From the NCBI GenBank assembly GCA_000934665.2, contig KZ538229.1, positions 62,001-95,654 on the forward strand: a stretch of DNA of 33,654 nucleotides, given 5' to 3'. A program made the position numbers and the translations under genes. The notes under the pieces are model-generated. The model ran no database searches, had not been told where the DNA came from, and worked only from the letters and a program-made list of their open reading frames with translations. The DNA comes from Catajapyx aquilonaris. Taxonomy: Eukaryota. Below, piece by piece: positions 12,790 through 26,700 of this stretch (position 1 is the first letter of the stretch; every line of letters begins with the position of its first letter).

Positions 12790-12859
12790 TTTACTCACCA
12801 GCCTCGGTCGCACGACTAGCGCAGCTGGTCGTGCGACCGAGGCTCAAATCGTGAGTAAA
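12790..12859. repeat. GC-rich hairpin upstream of sog
   Basis: The core 12800-12844 reads agcctcggtcgcacgactagc-gca-gctggtcgtgcgaccgaggct (21-bp arms, 1 G-T pair). The outer tttactcac/gtgagtaaa pair extends the stem. Confidence 0.9.
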
Positions 12860-15423
12860 ATAAATGCTCCGCCAGGCGGCGATACTTGTGCTTACATTAA
12901 TTCCACCACCGCCTTGTACCAGAATAACTTTTTTATGAAAACTGCATATTTTTCTGCCGGATTTTTGGCAATTTCCTGTTTTCCCTCCGAGCCATTGTTA
13001 CGCTCCAGTCAATGCCCAATGGAGAGGCAAGAATATAACATGCGCCTGAGCAAAAGTTATTGGTTCTTCACCCTCGCATACATATGAGCATGAATGACGG
13101 CACTGCCTGGGTTACATCATTCATGATGGCGAATGAAGGAGGAAAAATCTGGCGTATGTTCTGGACCATTTAGCCAAATGCCAGAGTGTACTATGTGACA
13201 TTTAGCCCGTTGCTATGACCTCATCCTAGGCCACTTGGCTTCTTCCGTGTCTGAACCACTTGACATCGAATGAGGAACTTCCGGATAAGAAAAAAAAAAG
13301 GATGACGCCGGTGTCTTTTAAAGCAGAAGAAATCGATGGTCGGAAGGGGAAAAATACATGCGATTTTTGGGAATCCTGGGGTCCTACTATAGTCGTAGAC
13401 TCCTGAGAGGACTTTCCCCCACTGCTGCCAACTCTTTGGAATAGATCGGACCCAAGTCGCAGTAAAAGGACGCCGACGCCAAGGACGGCGCCAGTCTAGA
13501 CGTCCCGACGATGGAAAGAGAATCTGATGTGATTTTCTTCTTTCTACACCCCCGCCTCCTACCACCCCCACCACCCGAATATTCACTTTTTCTGCCCGCG
13601 ATTTTTGGCTCACCCTGTACGTTTCGAATCAACATGCATAAATCGACAGCGACTTTACAATACTGATTAATTTATTTGAGTTTAGATACGATGTGGACGG
13701 AGCACTTGGTGCGTTGCAAATCCTGCGTCATTCTGGCGTCATATTAACCGTGGGCGGAGAGTAAATTTCGCATGTCCACGCTCCAGGACACTAATTCCTC
13801 TGCAAACTAGTACACCCCTCGAAAAATAGCTGGGCGGGTATATCGTATATGTTCAGTCCCAAAATTTAGGACCGCCCGGAATATCAGTACGGCGAGGATC
13901 GCGTTGACAGCTGCTGTTAGCAGATGTACCGCTGTCAGGGTGCGAAACGAGTGGGAAAAACTGACGGCTCCCAAAACTTTTTTGAAGAGCGTCCATTCAG
14001 AGCTAATGAGCTCACCATCACTTTATAGCAAGTGGACGACGCAATAAATGCCTCACGTAATTCCTTAATCACGAATTAACTTTTCCCCTTATAGTTTTTA
14101 TGTAATCAGACTTGTGTAATGTTTGTAGTGACATCATGGTATGAAGAGCTATCCGCCATTTGTGCGGGGGGGTGCCTCCAAGGCTTTTTTCGCTAACAAA
14201 ATGGGTTCAGGAAGTGCATGACCTCAAGGAGCGGGAAGAGATCGTTCATAAGTGGATTACGCTGACGTAATTAGAGTGTGAGAAGTTCACGTTTTCCCCC
14301 AGTTGTTTGGGAAGGTTGCGAGCCAAGATGGCCGATTCGCGGTGTTGCCACAGTTCGATCCAGGTGAAATGGCTGACAATGTTTGCATTCTATTTTGAGT
14401 AGGCTAAAAACGACGTATTGACGACTTAGTCTTCAATTGGTTCAAAATCCCACAACCATGCCAATATCCGGCTCACGTCTTGTGCATAAAAATTTTTGGG
14501 ACAAAGAGCCTAGTTTTGTAGCTCTTTTGTTGCTGCATGTACCGTCGCGGGGCTGTGTTGCTGTTTCACCCACTAGCTGGGGCACTCTGCGCCAGCATTA
14601 CGAATTGCTCCAGCCAATAAAGTTGCTGGTACAACAAAGTTATCATAATTTAAAAAAAAAATCAAAATAAAGTCGATGTATATGAAAATTGGGGGACCCA
14701 GACAGTTGGGCGTCACTTTGAATGATGTAAGCTCGTTTTTGGGGGGAAAACCTCGGCCCAGATCTTTCTAAGTAATGTTATCCGCCGCCATGGATGAAAA
14801 CTGCCATCACTCTTATCCTGCTGGGGAGCCCTCCCGGAATTTTCCAGAACAGGAGTCTCGAAAAGAGCGAAAGCATTTGGAACTGATGCCTACCGGGAGA
14901 TTTAGCAGAATAAAAGACGTCGCTCCATTCCCTTTTTCTCTTTTCCCTCTTCACCCACGGACTTTCCCCTCTTCCAAAAACTAGATTTTGGTCGCTGTTA
15001 TTTCCATTCTAGGAGTTGAGGGGTGTCCTCAGATGTCTAGTTTCCCACAGGATCCCTGCTGCATTGCTAATTAAAATATCGCAACTCGAGACGGTTCATA
15101 CCAGAAGCTGACTCACTTCTAGCCAGGGGTGCCTATTCCCTGCTTTGGAAAAAGTGCTGTCCTGTAGACCACCAGTTCAGACCGCATGGCTTTGGTTTCG
15201 CTTATCTCCAGGTGGCGTACTCTAAATTTGGGTATATTTGGGTTTACCCCAGGCGTCCCCTTTTGTCTTAAAATATGTGACCTTCAATGAAATCCCCCCT
15301 TCACGCTTCGTCATCTTTGCGACCCTAGCTTGCACCGGAGGGTTGAGAAATTCCTGATGTTGAGGTATCAACTGGCTTGGCTTCATGTACTTGTACTTCG
15401 ACTTGTCTAGCCTAGCCCCAGCC

Positions 15424-15478
15424 TAGCCCATAAATATATACTTGGTTAAACTTTATTCAAGAATATATTTATGGGCTA
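15424..15478. repeat. AT-rich hairpin
   Basis: tagcccataaatatatacttg / caagaatatatttatgggcta: 21-bp arms with 1 mismatch and a 13-nt loop. Confidence 0.85.
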
Positions 15479-15631
15479 TAGGCATTAACATTGGGGCCGA
15501 GTGGGTCAAATAGTAGAGGAATAACTAGGAGTCACTGGCGGCAGGCTGTATATGACTTACCGGGTGTGATATTAACCCAGATATGTCGTGTATGAACAAA
15601 TTAAGAACTAACACGGTAACTAAAAATCCAA

Positions 15632-15737
15632 GGTGGAATTTTCGCCCTACTGCTAGTTACTGCTAACTTAGCAGTACCAGTGTTGGCAATGATACTGCTA
15701 AGTTAGTAGTAACTAGCACCAGGACGAAAATTCCACC
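15632..15737. mobile_element. palindromic MITE-like element with a possible 4-bp target-site duplication (CCAA)
   Basis: The arms are ~48 bp and imperfect: ggtggaattttcg...cttagcagta / tactgctaag...cgaaaattccacc. CCAA directly flanks both ends (15628-15631 and 15738-15741). Confidence 0.7.
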
Positions 15738-17018
15738 CCAACGGTGCAAGTGTTCTACATATGGGACGCTAGTAATATCTGGGTTAATCTCTATAAATAC
15801 TATTAAAGTGTGCATTGTACCGCGCCCCATGATTAAAAACCGATTTCTTTACCTGCAAGCGTGACCTCAGTGTCCTTTGTCCGAAGTCCACTGGTGATTG
15901 AGGGAACGCCTTTTCACCAACTGAAGAGATTACTTGGGTGACTCGGGGTCTGCACCTGGAACTCTGGAGAGCCGCTTGCCATTGGGCAGTTCGGTTTTGG
16001 CGTCCATCTGATAAGTAACCAGATGGACGTCTTGAACCAATCAGACACGTGTTTCGCTCCATATGGATCCTTTGAAGCCGGTCCTTCTTGTCTCGGAAAC
16101 TGCTAACAGGTTACAACAGGGCACTGATTGCTGGCCTGTACATCATCATGTTCATAAGGCTTCAGTATGCCAACACATCTAATGAACAGACACTAATTAC
16201 CATGCCCCCGGTGATACCACAATAGTGCTTGATTGTGAGTTCCTATTGAGATAGCTGCATTAAAAATGAACGAAATAACGTAATACAAATTCTGAAAGCG
16301 TGGTCATTAGACCGCTTTTTGTGGTGCAAATGCTGGCTTACATTGTGGTGTGGTAATTAGTAAATGAATTCTTTTTAATGCGATGCTAAAAATATTCAAC
16401 GTGTCTCTGGACAGAACGGGCTTCGTTACATTTTGAAAATTTGTGTACTTTCATAAATGAACGGGGCGGGGATCTTTTTTGTAACAGGATATTTGCTAAT
16501 ATAATATCATTTTAGCAATGAGTATAGTCGAATAATTATAACGGGCAGACCAATGCAATCTTATCCTGCAGCAATAACTTGATGAAGCTGTGCCGCCTAT
16601 ATTTCCATAATTAATTAAAAGCGCGTCCGAGCTCTGCGCGAATTGTGGGAAGTTACCTTCGCCATATCATGATTCTGTCCCAGGTATTGCTGCACTGGCT
16701 AATAATTCAACTTTCTTAAGAGACAGTTTGGACACCCTTGGTAGGCCTACGTGCTTTAATCGGAGTAATTCCAACCATTTTTTAAAAAGAGTACGTTCTT
16801 AATGCTGACAATAACTACCGGCGATGTGGCACTTGGAACACGACTTGGAACCATGCATTGAGCCTAACTCTTATCCCCCTTTATGTCAAGATGAACTCGT
16901 TAGAGTCACTCTTCAGGCTAAAAATTCTCTCCGGCCGTATAAAAAATGCATGAAAAGTGGACTTGCCCCTTCCCTCCCCCAATGGACATGTCCTTTGCCC
17001 TCTGTGACTGTTACACCT

Positions 17019-17040
17019 NNNNNNNNNNNNNNNNNNNNNN
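17019..17040. other. assembly gap (22 N) next to a poly-C run
   Basis: N characters in the sequence, followed by C12 and an A run. Confidence 0.99.
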
Positions 17041-18564
17041 CCCCCCCCCCCCAAAAAAAAAGTCGGCAAGGTTGAGATCCCTTGTCGGATCCCCCTAAAA
17101 ATATGCATCAAGGTCGATAGCTAAAGGCGGTAGATTAAAAGCGAGATATTAAAATTATACAGGGTGTTACCTGCAGTGGTTTACTTGCCTCCAATAATAG
17201 GAAAGTATTAATTAGACAAATTTTGATTCAAATGTGTCTGTGTTGCATACACAGGAATGATTGGCACTTTGGTTCTGAAAAAGAGGGTCACATTCCTCCT
17301 TGAAGGTCCCAGCGTTGTCAGACGAACTCATTACAACCCCAGTGGGTGTGAGCAATCCCCAGCAGCAGACTGCGTGTCTGTTGCCAGTGAAGTAGCAGTC
17401 GGCGTAATGAGCTACAGGTGCAGATCTAGCTTAAGCTATCTTGATACAGCAGCCTCCCTTTTAGCGCCTAGTCAGCAAGGACAAGTGGATGACCTCAACC
17501 CTCCCAAAACCACACTCGATTTTTCCCGGCCTGAAAAATTCAGTGTTATCGCAGCCATCTAAGAGCGTGAGACCACACACCTGGTTTGGGGCTACGCCCT
17601 GGTGACAATATTACCCCCACCACTACCACCCTTCACCCCCCATGAAAATATTCTCAGGAGCTGGTCCGACAAGCGTTTTGTTATAAAGCCTCCTTCCAGG
17701 ATCCGTCAGACATGGCGCCAACCCCCCGCCCTTATAACCTGCTGCTTCTTTATTTAGGGGATTACACCCTGGAATTTCCGGCTCGTTTGGAGCATATTTA
17801 GTTGATTGGCCCTCTTTTGTTACGCCCCTGCTGCGGACTGACTGCCCGGAAACACGGGTGTGAAGATTCCAACCGAGGGGTAATATTCATGGGCGGTCGG
17901 CGACGTGTGAAGGGACCCGAGAGGTTTTCGCTGCGGGAAAAAGAATCCGTCCAAAGTCACGTTCTGTACCCCCAGGGGACATTTGCCGAGAAGCTTTAGG
18001 GATGGATGAGGACAACTCTTGATTGCCCCGGCTCGACCCCACAGCTCCAGCACCACTCCGACCGTTTTTCTAGGACAACACAAATCGGCTGGAAAAATTC
18101 CGGCCCTTTGTCACGTGCTCAAGTACTGTACTAACACCCTGGCACTTTCCAAGGAGGGAGGTTGTGCGTTCATCCTTGGGAGCAGGCATACTGCGAGGCC
18201 TGAGTTGCCTGAGGTTGCCTGACTCGCAGGATGAACGTATTGTGCTGGGGCAGCCATATTCAACATTTTGAGAGTAAAGATGTAGCTATGAAAATAATTA
18301 GCGGCATATGCTCATCGTGGCAGTCATTTTCACCCTAGTTGCTTCCATGTAGCTTTTGTGCAGGTACTGTCGCTACCGCTATTCACGAAACAAAGTGTGC
18401 TCCAGCCTATTCATCGCCATGGCACAATGGCCCCGAAATAAATGTGCACCAACACACGTTCCTGAGTGGAAAAAGGCCTGATGAAAATTGGCTCTGCATT
18501 ATTAAAATACACTAAGAGAGAGTCTAACAAAGTGCATTGTAACATACGAATATAATATTGCATA

Positions 18565-18725
18565 ACCAGTTTCAGAAAGGGACGTGACGTATGATGACAT
18601 TTCATAAAGCACCAATCAGAGGCACAATCAGATGGCAGGCCTATACTTGAAGCTCATTGGGCGAGAGGTAGAGGATAATTCCTCTGATTGGTTTATGAAA
18701 CGTCATCATCCCTTGTGAAATTGGT
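18565..18725. repeat. degenerate inverted repeat (old MITE-like element)
   Basis: atgatgacatttcataaagcaccaatcagagg pairs with cctctgattggtttatgaaacgtcatcat. The outer accagtttcagaaaggga pairs imperfectly with tcccttgtgaaattggt. Confidence 0.8.
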
Positions 18726-20735
18726 AGTATAGGCTACCGGGCGACCCAAATTTTTAAATTGGTTATAGCAGCTCTTGGTTATAGCTATAAGTTATATTAA
18801 TATTTAACTGCACAGTATTTTTCACAACATTTCTGCTTCAGATAGTATCGACCAGCAGCAGAATCTGGTTGGCTAGATGATGGTGTCTCCTATATGTGAC
18901 GCTGCCTCCTTCCTTTTGACACCACATTTCCTTTCTCTGTAATCTTCTTTGCCACTCTCAAGTGCTGACGGCGGGAAGGAAGATTATTTCTGCCCCCCTC
19001 TCAAAAAAAAAAACTAGGGGGTGAAAATATTCGTCCGCTCTTCTTCTTTGGGAGGTCTAAAGCCTGGTCAATAATATCGACGTCGGTGACCTGTAAATGC
19101 GTAGAGGGGGGTGGTTTGAATCCCCGGGCACAAAAAGTACATCTCATCATTCTGGAAGCTGCCTCTCCACCTGCCATATCCAGCAGAGGCTTGTGTGACG
19201 AGGATTTTGGGTAGCCAAACTATGCCTTTGATCGTCGTCATGAAGGGCTTTGCGAGTTTATGACCAGCCTTGGATTAATTAAGCCGCAGAGCGCGTTTCA
19301 GTGACATCGTAAAATCCCCGCTTGCAAAACATGAGGATTTAGCCTGCCGCACTCTGTGCCACCCCGGATTTAAGATCAACTCGAGTGAACCCTAGGCACG
19401 TTATAAATACTCATATTTTTATTTACTCAATTTTCCCCCTTTTTACTGATTAGCCGGGATTTTGTGGGGATTTCATAGAATATTTAGTGCACCTCATTAA
19501 TCTCTCAAAGCTGGGTGCTGTGATTAGTTGGGCACATTGTATTTAATTTTTAAAGTTAATACTCAGAACGGCACAGTTGATAACATTTCAACATAAAATG
19601 CGTACCTGCTTCTGCATGATAGTTCTGTGCATATATGCACTAGCAGGTGAAAACTGCATTACAGTATTTGCATCCTGAGCATATGCACATCCTTTGCTTC
19701 TTTGACAAATTTTTTTTTGGTTCCTCCCCCGTTTTTAATGCTCATTTCAACTTTGGTTACACACTCATAAACTTCATCCCGTGCTTCGGTGCAGGAAAAA
19801 AAATAGTATAGGGCCTGCCAAGATAAATAAGTTTATAAATACAGACGGGCGGTGCAAGTGCTTGTACACACACCCACATGTTTGTATATCTTGAAAAACA
19901 ACTTCCCGCACTTTTCCCTCACCGTGGCCAAGCCTACCAACACTTAATGTGAGGCCATTACCCTCCTTGCTTATAGGGGCCAGGAAAATGGTACTCGATA
20001 CCCTAATATTTGCATCAGCATATTTTCGACATTAAATATGAACACGCCTTATTGTGCATTCATCAAGACATATGCACAGTGCTGATTAAAATTTTTGTAA
20101 AGGATCTCTTGGTGTCTTCGTTTTAAGCGGTGTATAAATAACATTATCCTGACTGTTTTGGAAGTAACTAGTCTGATCAATTGTAATGGCAGTGCGGATA
20201 GTGAAGTCATGGCTGGAGCATTCCTTTTCCTTGAGTTGGTGCAGGGCATGTTTCCAACTGGCTGGCATTATTTTAGTATGCAGGGCTTCCGACTCAGATT
20301 ATAATTTCTGTCTGAATCATCCTATATTTACCAGCGCTCGTTCATTTTCCCAGGGGCCTTTTGCTTTCGCCCCACCTCATTGCTCAAGGAGGTCTTACGA
20401 CCTTTCCTTTTCCTATAGGACTTCGCCTTGCTCTTCCTCTAACTGCTGGCTGCGTTATTGCAGCGTTTCTAATATTTGCTTTTGATTAAAGCGACAGTAA
20501 TTTGTCCCCAAAGAGCACAGTAATTGCAGCCGGATTCAAAATTTATACACAGACTGCTAACTTTATATAAAGGTTGGTAGTTTATTAACGATAAAGGGGA
20601 CTGTCTTAAGGAGTCACCAATTTAATACCCGTTTTATGCTCATTTTTCGGGCTCTGTTTTGGTTATGTGTAGCATTTTGTTGTGTACCTAAGAGTATGTA
20701 ATGCAGAAACTTCACTCGCTGGAGCTTCAGATTTT

Positions 20736-20764
20736 CCTCGGGCAACGCGGGGTATCCCGTCTAG
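20736..20764 (+). mobile_element. Helitron-like 3' terminus
   Basis: cctcgggcaacgcggggta-tcccgt-CTAG|t: a GC-rich subterminal hairpin of the CCCGGGCAACGCCGGG type a few nt before a terminal CTAG followed by T. The 5' end was not identified. Confidence 0.6.
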
Positions 20765-23700
20765 TCGACTCTACATTATTATCAGCACAAAATCCCCAGG
20801 AGACATTACCAAAATCACTTCCTGCTCCGAAATTAAGCCGACAAATAGGGAAGCATTATAAAGTTACATAACGCGTGCCGAACTATTTAATTAGATACAG
20901 GTTGAATATTTGCATTGTTAAAAAGTATGCCTTCTTTCCCTCTTCACCTCCCTAATTTATGGCTGTGGTTCGTTACCCTCCTTCAGCTCAACATGCTGTG
21001 TCTGGCAAGTATTTTTTTTAAAGTATGAAAATCATATTAAATGTAAAATACAGCTTCTGGGGTGAAACACGGGTTGGGGGAAAGTAGATGAGCATGGAAG
21101 AACTATACGATTGCCTTGGTTCTATTTGCGTCCCAGAGGGTGGAGGATATAGGATGGAAACCACTTACTAAACAGATTTATTAGCAAAAAAGCTTCAGCC
21201 TATAAAATCTGGCAAAATCTTAGCTCGCCAATAATAAAATGCAGAGTCCCCTCGACGACAATAAAAACGTGATACAACATTGCCCTGCGAGTATATAAGG
21301 AAGAAGTCTAATGTCCCCTTCCGGGTAGTTAACTCTTTTCCCGGGAGGAAAATTGCAAAGTGAGAAGAAAATAAGGCAGACACATCCATCCAAGACGGTC
21401 ATGTTTACTTCTTCCGTCAACAAATGGCCTCAAGGTTTCTAGGCGCCTGAAATCGTCGGCGGTTAGTAAAAGAGCAGACTCGTTTCCTTGCTCGCAGGAT
21501 TATGGCCAACGGCATAGTGACAGATGGGCTTCATTTTGGCCACCGCTTGTGGACTCACTAAATACACCCGGTTTTAAAAGGCGACGGGAAAAACAAATAA
21601 AACGGGCAGGAAAGTGTCAAAACCGAGTGTTATCACTCAATTTTACAGTCGATTCCCGGATATATTAGGGCACACCATAACTTGTACGTTGATTAGGTAT
21701 AGTCTGGTTATATGCTAAATATTCGCCAATATTTCGTACTGAAGTGTATGGAAGGATTTAAATATCCATCCGGTTGAATCAGGCGTGGGCTCCACCTATT
21801 TTTACGCAACCTGCTCGCACGTGGCAGATAGTTTTTTTTAAATAAAAAAAAAAAAACGAAATACAAACAAACCCATGGGTTCACGTAAAAGGTGCGGATA
21901 CGTACAAGTTACAAGCTGCTGGCAGCATTTGAAATGAGGAATTAGCATTAGGAATAGTTAGGCAGGAGATGCCAACGGTATAGGTACGGAGGCTGATACG
22001 ACAACGAGCGCTGACATTTCCATAAATCTTTGGCGCACACTCCAATTTTTCTTGCGGGCCTCAGCAAGCAGCATTGAGAAGGATGAGTGGCTCAGTTGCA
22101 GAACAAGGCCGCGGCGGCCATAACTCAAATTCGAAAGGAAGATGCCTGCGGAATTTTAATATCTGACGCATTACGTGTGCCGTCACAGTGTATTTGCGGA
22201 CTCGACCACGTAATCCACGGTTGCCTCCTGTGGACCGCCAAGTGTATCGCAAAGCGTCCGATCAGATTCCCAGCTAATAATGTTCTCTACATATAGTGGG
22301 ATGTAGGTTAATAGTGGTCTTCCTGGATGGATCTTCATGTTTGGGCAGGAAGGGAATTGGACTGGCTGGCGTCAGCGGGAGATTCTTCCTTTTGACAAAT
22401 GGCGCTCTTTGCCAAGAGGAAACCTCCGGAGCAAAAACAAGCGTCCCGCCGCACAGACGCCGCCTGGAACGCCCTCTTTTCTCCGCTTCTAGCAAATCTA
22501 CCCCGCGTCTAGAGCGCGTTCCCACGCGCCAGGGTTGCCAACAGAAACGTGGTCGACACGCGTGCGATGTCCGGCTTGGTGGTGGCCCGTAAATTGGAGG
22601 GCGTGATAAGTTTTATCGAGGCCGGCGACTGCTGGGTTAATTTCAGCATCTCGTGGCGCCAAGACAATGCGGCTCCTCCCTCGATAACTTCTGACCCGTA
22701 GCCTTATTTCTCCCAATCTCACTACTGCGTGGCCGGCGCCGCTCATATTCGGACGAGAGATACGCGACATCATGCGTGTCGCCACTATGTGCACTTTTTT
22801 GCCCTTCGTCTGGCATATAAGAAATACTCGAGTTCTTGTGCCTTCCATATCAAATATATACATTCGACATATCGATACTGCAACCGACCATTGCCCAATT
22901 TGTCGATAAACAATTTTTACAAATATATCCATATATATGCTGGGTGAATGGACACATCCTGGGTAGGATGCAACCCACTATGCTGGCCATCGATTGACGC
23001 CGGATAAACTAGTTCTGATTGCGACTGGCGGCATCAGAAAGCTGCAAAAAAAACTACCTGGAGGGCAAATGAAAGCAGCAATAACCAGCTTGAATCCACG
23101 AATAGAAATGTGTCACAGCATTACGAATTGCGCGCACTGGGAGTGTTGTTGGAGCGGCTTAGCAAACATTGGCAGTCTCCGTCGGGTTTTCAAGCCCCTC
23201 CTCGCGGCGACATTACATCATCTGAGCTAATTCAGATTGTGAAATAAGGCACATTAGGCTTCTTATCGAGGCTCATTTTAATTGCAAAGTGCCTCGGGAC
23301 AGAGGGGCTTGGGAGGCAAGGAAAAAGCCTGGAAACCCAACTCAAGGATATCTCCGGCAAATTGCTAACAGGGTGGGGGTGGAATGGGGTGGGGATTATT
23401 GCATCCCATCATTCTGAGGAGTCCAATGTCACATGCAGATTTGGATTATATACAGTTTTTTTGCTATTGCCAAATCGGTTCTTGACTCTTTCGCGTCGCC
23501 TGGCCGTCCGACTGCATAAGATAGCGAATCTTGGGATATATAATGTCGGTGAGCGTCGATCTGAGGAGCCAAGATGCTGGCTGGCCGGAAGGGTCGGTGC
23601 GGCAATAAAAGAAATATGACACAAGCGGCCGACTACTCAAAGACGCCAATGATTCCCTTGGCCCGAATCCAGACGGACAAGGCCATCAAACGCTACACAC

Positions 23701-26700
23701 CCAACTTTTATGGATGGAACTCCCCCCCCAACCCCCCCTGAGTGTTGGCCAAATTATTTAGCTTCCTATTGCTAATACCGGGTGGTGCAAAAACCCACTC
23801 CGAGTTTCGCACAGGTGTGATCAGAATTGGTCATTGTGTACTGAAATAGCAATGTCCAGAAAACATTTCCGGCTGGAAAATAATAATAAAAAAGCCCTTG
23901 CTATTGTGTACAAAAAGTCATGTTCCATATATATTCTGGACTAGTGTCTGAATCTCTATTTTCGTGAACTGGTATTCGTTTAGTCAGAGTGTCTCAGAGG
24001 GGGTTTTGTGCAGTTTCTTCCATCAAATATACTAACACCACATTTAGAGGGCATGGCACTCTCTACCAATTAGTGTCTAAACATTTCCGCGAAGTGTGTG
24101 TCCGATACTGCACTGCTTCTAGCGGACATGGCTGTAATGAGTCAAATTATCCCTAGGTCTGCTAGGTTCGTACAGTAACGAACTGTCATTTTGCATGCTT
24201 AATAATGCAGGAATTACATTGCGACACAAGAAAAGTGACATTTTGAGCAGCAGTATCGCACTTCCCTTTCTGCATCAGCAAGGAATAAATAGTGAGAGGG
24301 CAACAAACACCGAGTCGAAACAACATCCTTACGGTAGTTGCCTATAAGAAAAAGGTAGGGGGTCCGACCAACAAGTCGCGCATATCAATTGGGTCCGGCT
24401 AAGGTCACATCGTTCGGACCTGTCATAACCAGGCGGCTTCTAATTGACGCGGAGTAAAAAGAATGGCCCTCTGCTGCCGAGTGCTATCTATCTCCTCAAT
24501 GGCATATGTACCGACTTGACTCTTAGTTCCGGTAAATAGAATACAAACCCATCCAGGAACCGGGGTCCTTCCAAATCCGCATTTCCAGTCGCTGATATCA
24601 CCGCTTTGCTTGAAGATTATTATTCGCCATTAATTAGGCCTAGCTTTTCATACGCGCTTATCGCAATCTATCTGACGTTTCTAACACAAACATATGAGCG
24701 CTTGTCAAACCAGTTTATGTTTTTTTGCTAGAAACAATAAATAATCCCTTCGGTGCTAGTTTTTGCGCCGCATTTTGTCTGTTATCTCTCCGGTCTCACT
24801 CAGGCTTATGAAAACAGCCACAATTAATTTATTCCGTCATTTGTTTAGACGCTGACGTCAACAGCCTGCTATTCGACCACCCCCCTCTTCCGAAACGGAG
24901 AAAAAAATAAGGCAAAATGGGTAATTTTGAAGGAAATGCTTAGGAAAAAGATCGATTGGGGGAGGGTGGATAAGGGGGTGGGGTTTTTTGGGAAGATATC
25001 GTCTCACAAACAAGTGGCGCCAACATTCTTCCGGCTCTGCCATGATTGATGGCTCCTTTTTTGCGGGTCCACTTAACCCGTATGAAATTGAAAATCTACC
25101 AATCTGCGGGTTGAATGGGCGCTTTTGCCAAGAGATTCTTTCGGATACTACCGAAGAACAAGACGGGGTTTTGGGGAGGAGGGTAGAGAAGGGGGGAGGG
25201 TTATGTAATAATTTGTCTGCGTTACACCAGGGGGGGGGTTAAACATGAATCAAACAGCGCGATTTTATTGATCCATATATTATTTACATGTCAACATTTT
25301 TTGTGTGGATATCAATGTGTATTCCGCTCTTCATGGCATACTATCTTGTCCAATAAAGGAATAAAAATTACGATGATCTCATATTCTGTTAGTCGTCCAA
25401 ACCTCCTGCCTGCTACAGTATAAATGCAACAAAAGAGTTATTGTTTAATTTTATACCGCATAAAACATTTTGACAGAGGGTATCATCTATTAAGGCTAAT
25501 GGTCAATATTGTCAGCGGAAATATTTTTTACTCGAATAATTGTGGTACCGCCGTAATATATTACGATCTGATCTCTAAAAGCACAGAATTTGCCTCTGAA
25601 ATTATGTAAAGCTCGTGGCCTGAAGTATATACTTGAGCGTGCAAAATTTATGCGTAATTATATAGTACTCTGAACAACTTTGTTACCCTTTCCCTCAGCC
25701 TGTACGAGTCCTCTAACTCGTCAAAAAATACAACTGACACGCTTGAAAGGTACTTAACAGCACTCTACGGTAACTCTTAACTTTTTAAACATTTTCCTCC
25801 CCATCCCTTCAGCTTACACTTTTTCTCCCTCAGAGATGACGTGCGTAAAATTATAAGCTCTTTTCAGCATACGGAAGTTTATTTTTTTCCCTTTTCCTTT
25901 TCCCCAAAAAATAGATGTGCCATATAGGAGAGAACTTCACCTCCACTTGCAATCCGAAATAAGTCGACTGCTGCCACTTTCCCACCCTTCCAATGTAGCT
26001 GCCTGCAACAACTTTGCAATTCCTGCTGCCTGTTTTTTTTTTTGCGAACTAAAAAAATGCTCGCCTTTCAAGTTGCACTTTCCTTAACTCGGTAGACGGA
26101 AATTTGTCGCGTAAAAGTGTCAAGTCAAACAGAGCGTGATTGATCGGATTCAGGAAAACTGGGAGGGGATTGTCAGACCAAGTTGAAAGAAAAGGCTTGG
26201 AAGGAGAAAGGGAAAAGTCATCTCGCATGCAAATCATTTTCGATCTGTAGTAAGCCCCCCACAAGTGCTGATTTTCTCATTTCCGGTCCTACGAGCAAAA
26301 CTATTCGGCGCTTTCACAAAATCTCGGGCAATGAACACAACCAATTTGGCGGTCCGTTAGGAGGATTATTTTAAGGGGAATGATTGGAATCCACTCCAAA
26401 ATACCTCCACCTCCTCTCTTTGCTGCATGTTTACTGCAAGTGACTAATAACCGTATGATGCAGTTATGGGCCTCACGTGGGTGAAAATTGTGTGAGACAC
26501 AAGAATTCTGTTGGCTCTCTTTGCCAACTACTGGGCAATGCCCCTTTTTCTGCCATTGCCGTGACCTCTGCTGGAGAAGAGCGGGGCTTTTTTAACATTT
26601 TTGTACAACATGCTTGAACCGTAAATATTGCAAATATTTCCATACGCCATTGTAGAAGTTCTGAACGTTCCAACCATAAAGTAATCAAGAATATGCCACT

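Noticed and set aside
13601..17170. TACAGGGTG words (13611-13619 minus, ~17158 plus) resembling Tc1/mariner-type termini
   Set aside because: They face outward from each other, share only ~9 bp, and have no transposase between them. At most they are solo fragments.
22274..22947. GC/CpG-rich block with overlapping ORFs up to 144 aa
   Set aside because: Several frames are equally open, as expected for GC-rich DNA, and no protein motif is recognisable. It may be regulatory or repeat-derived.
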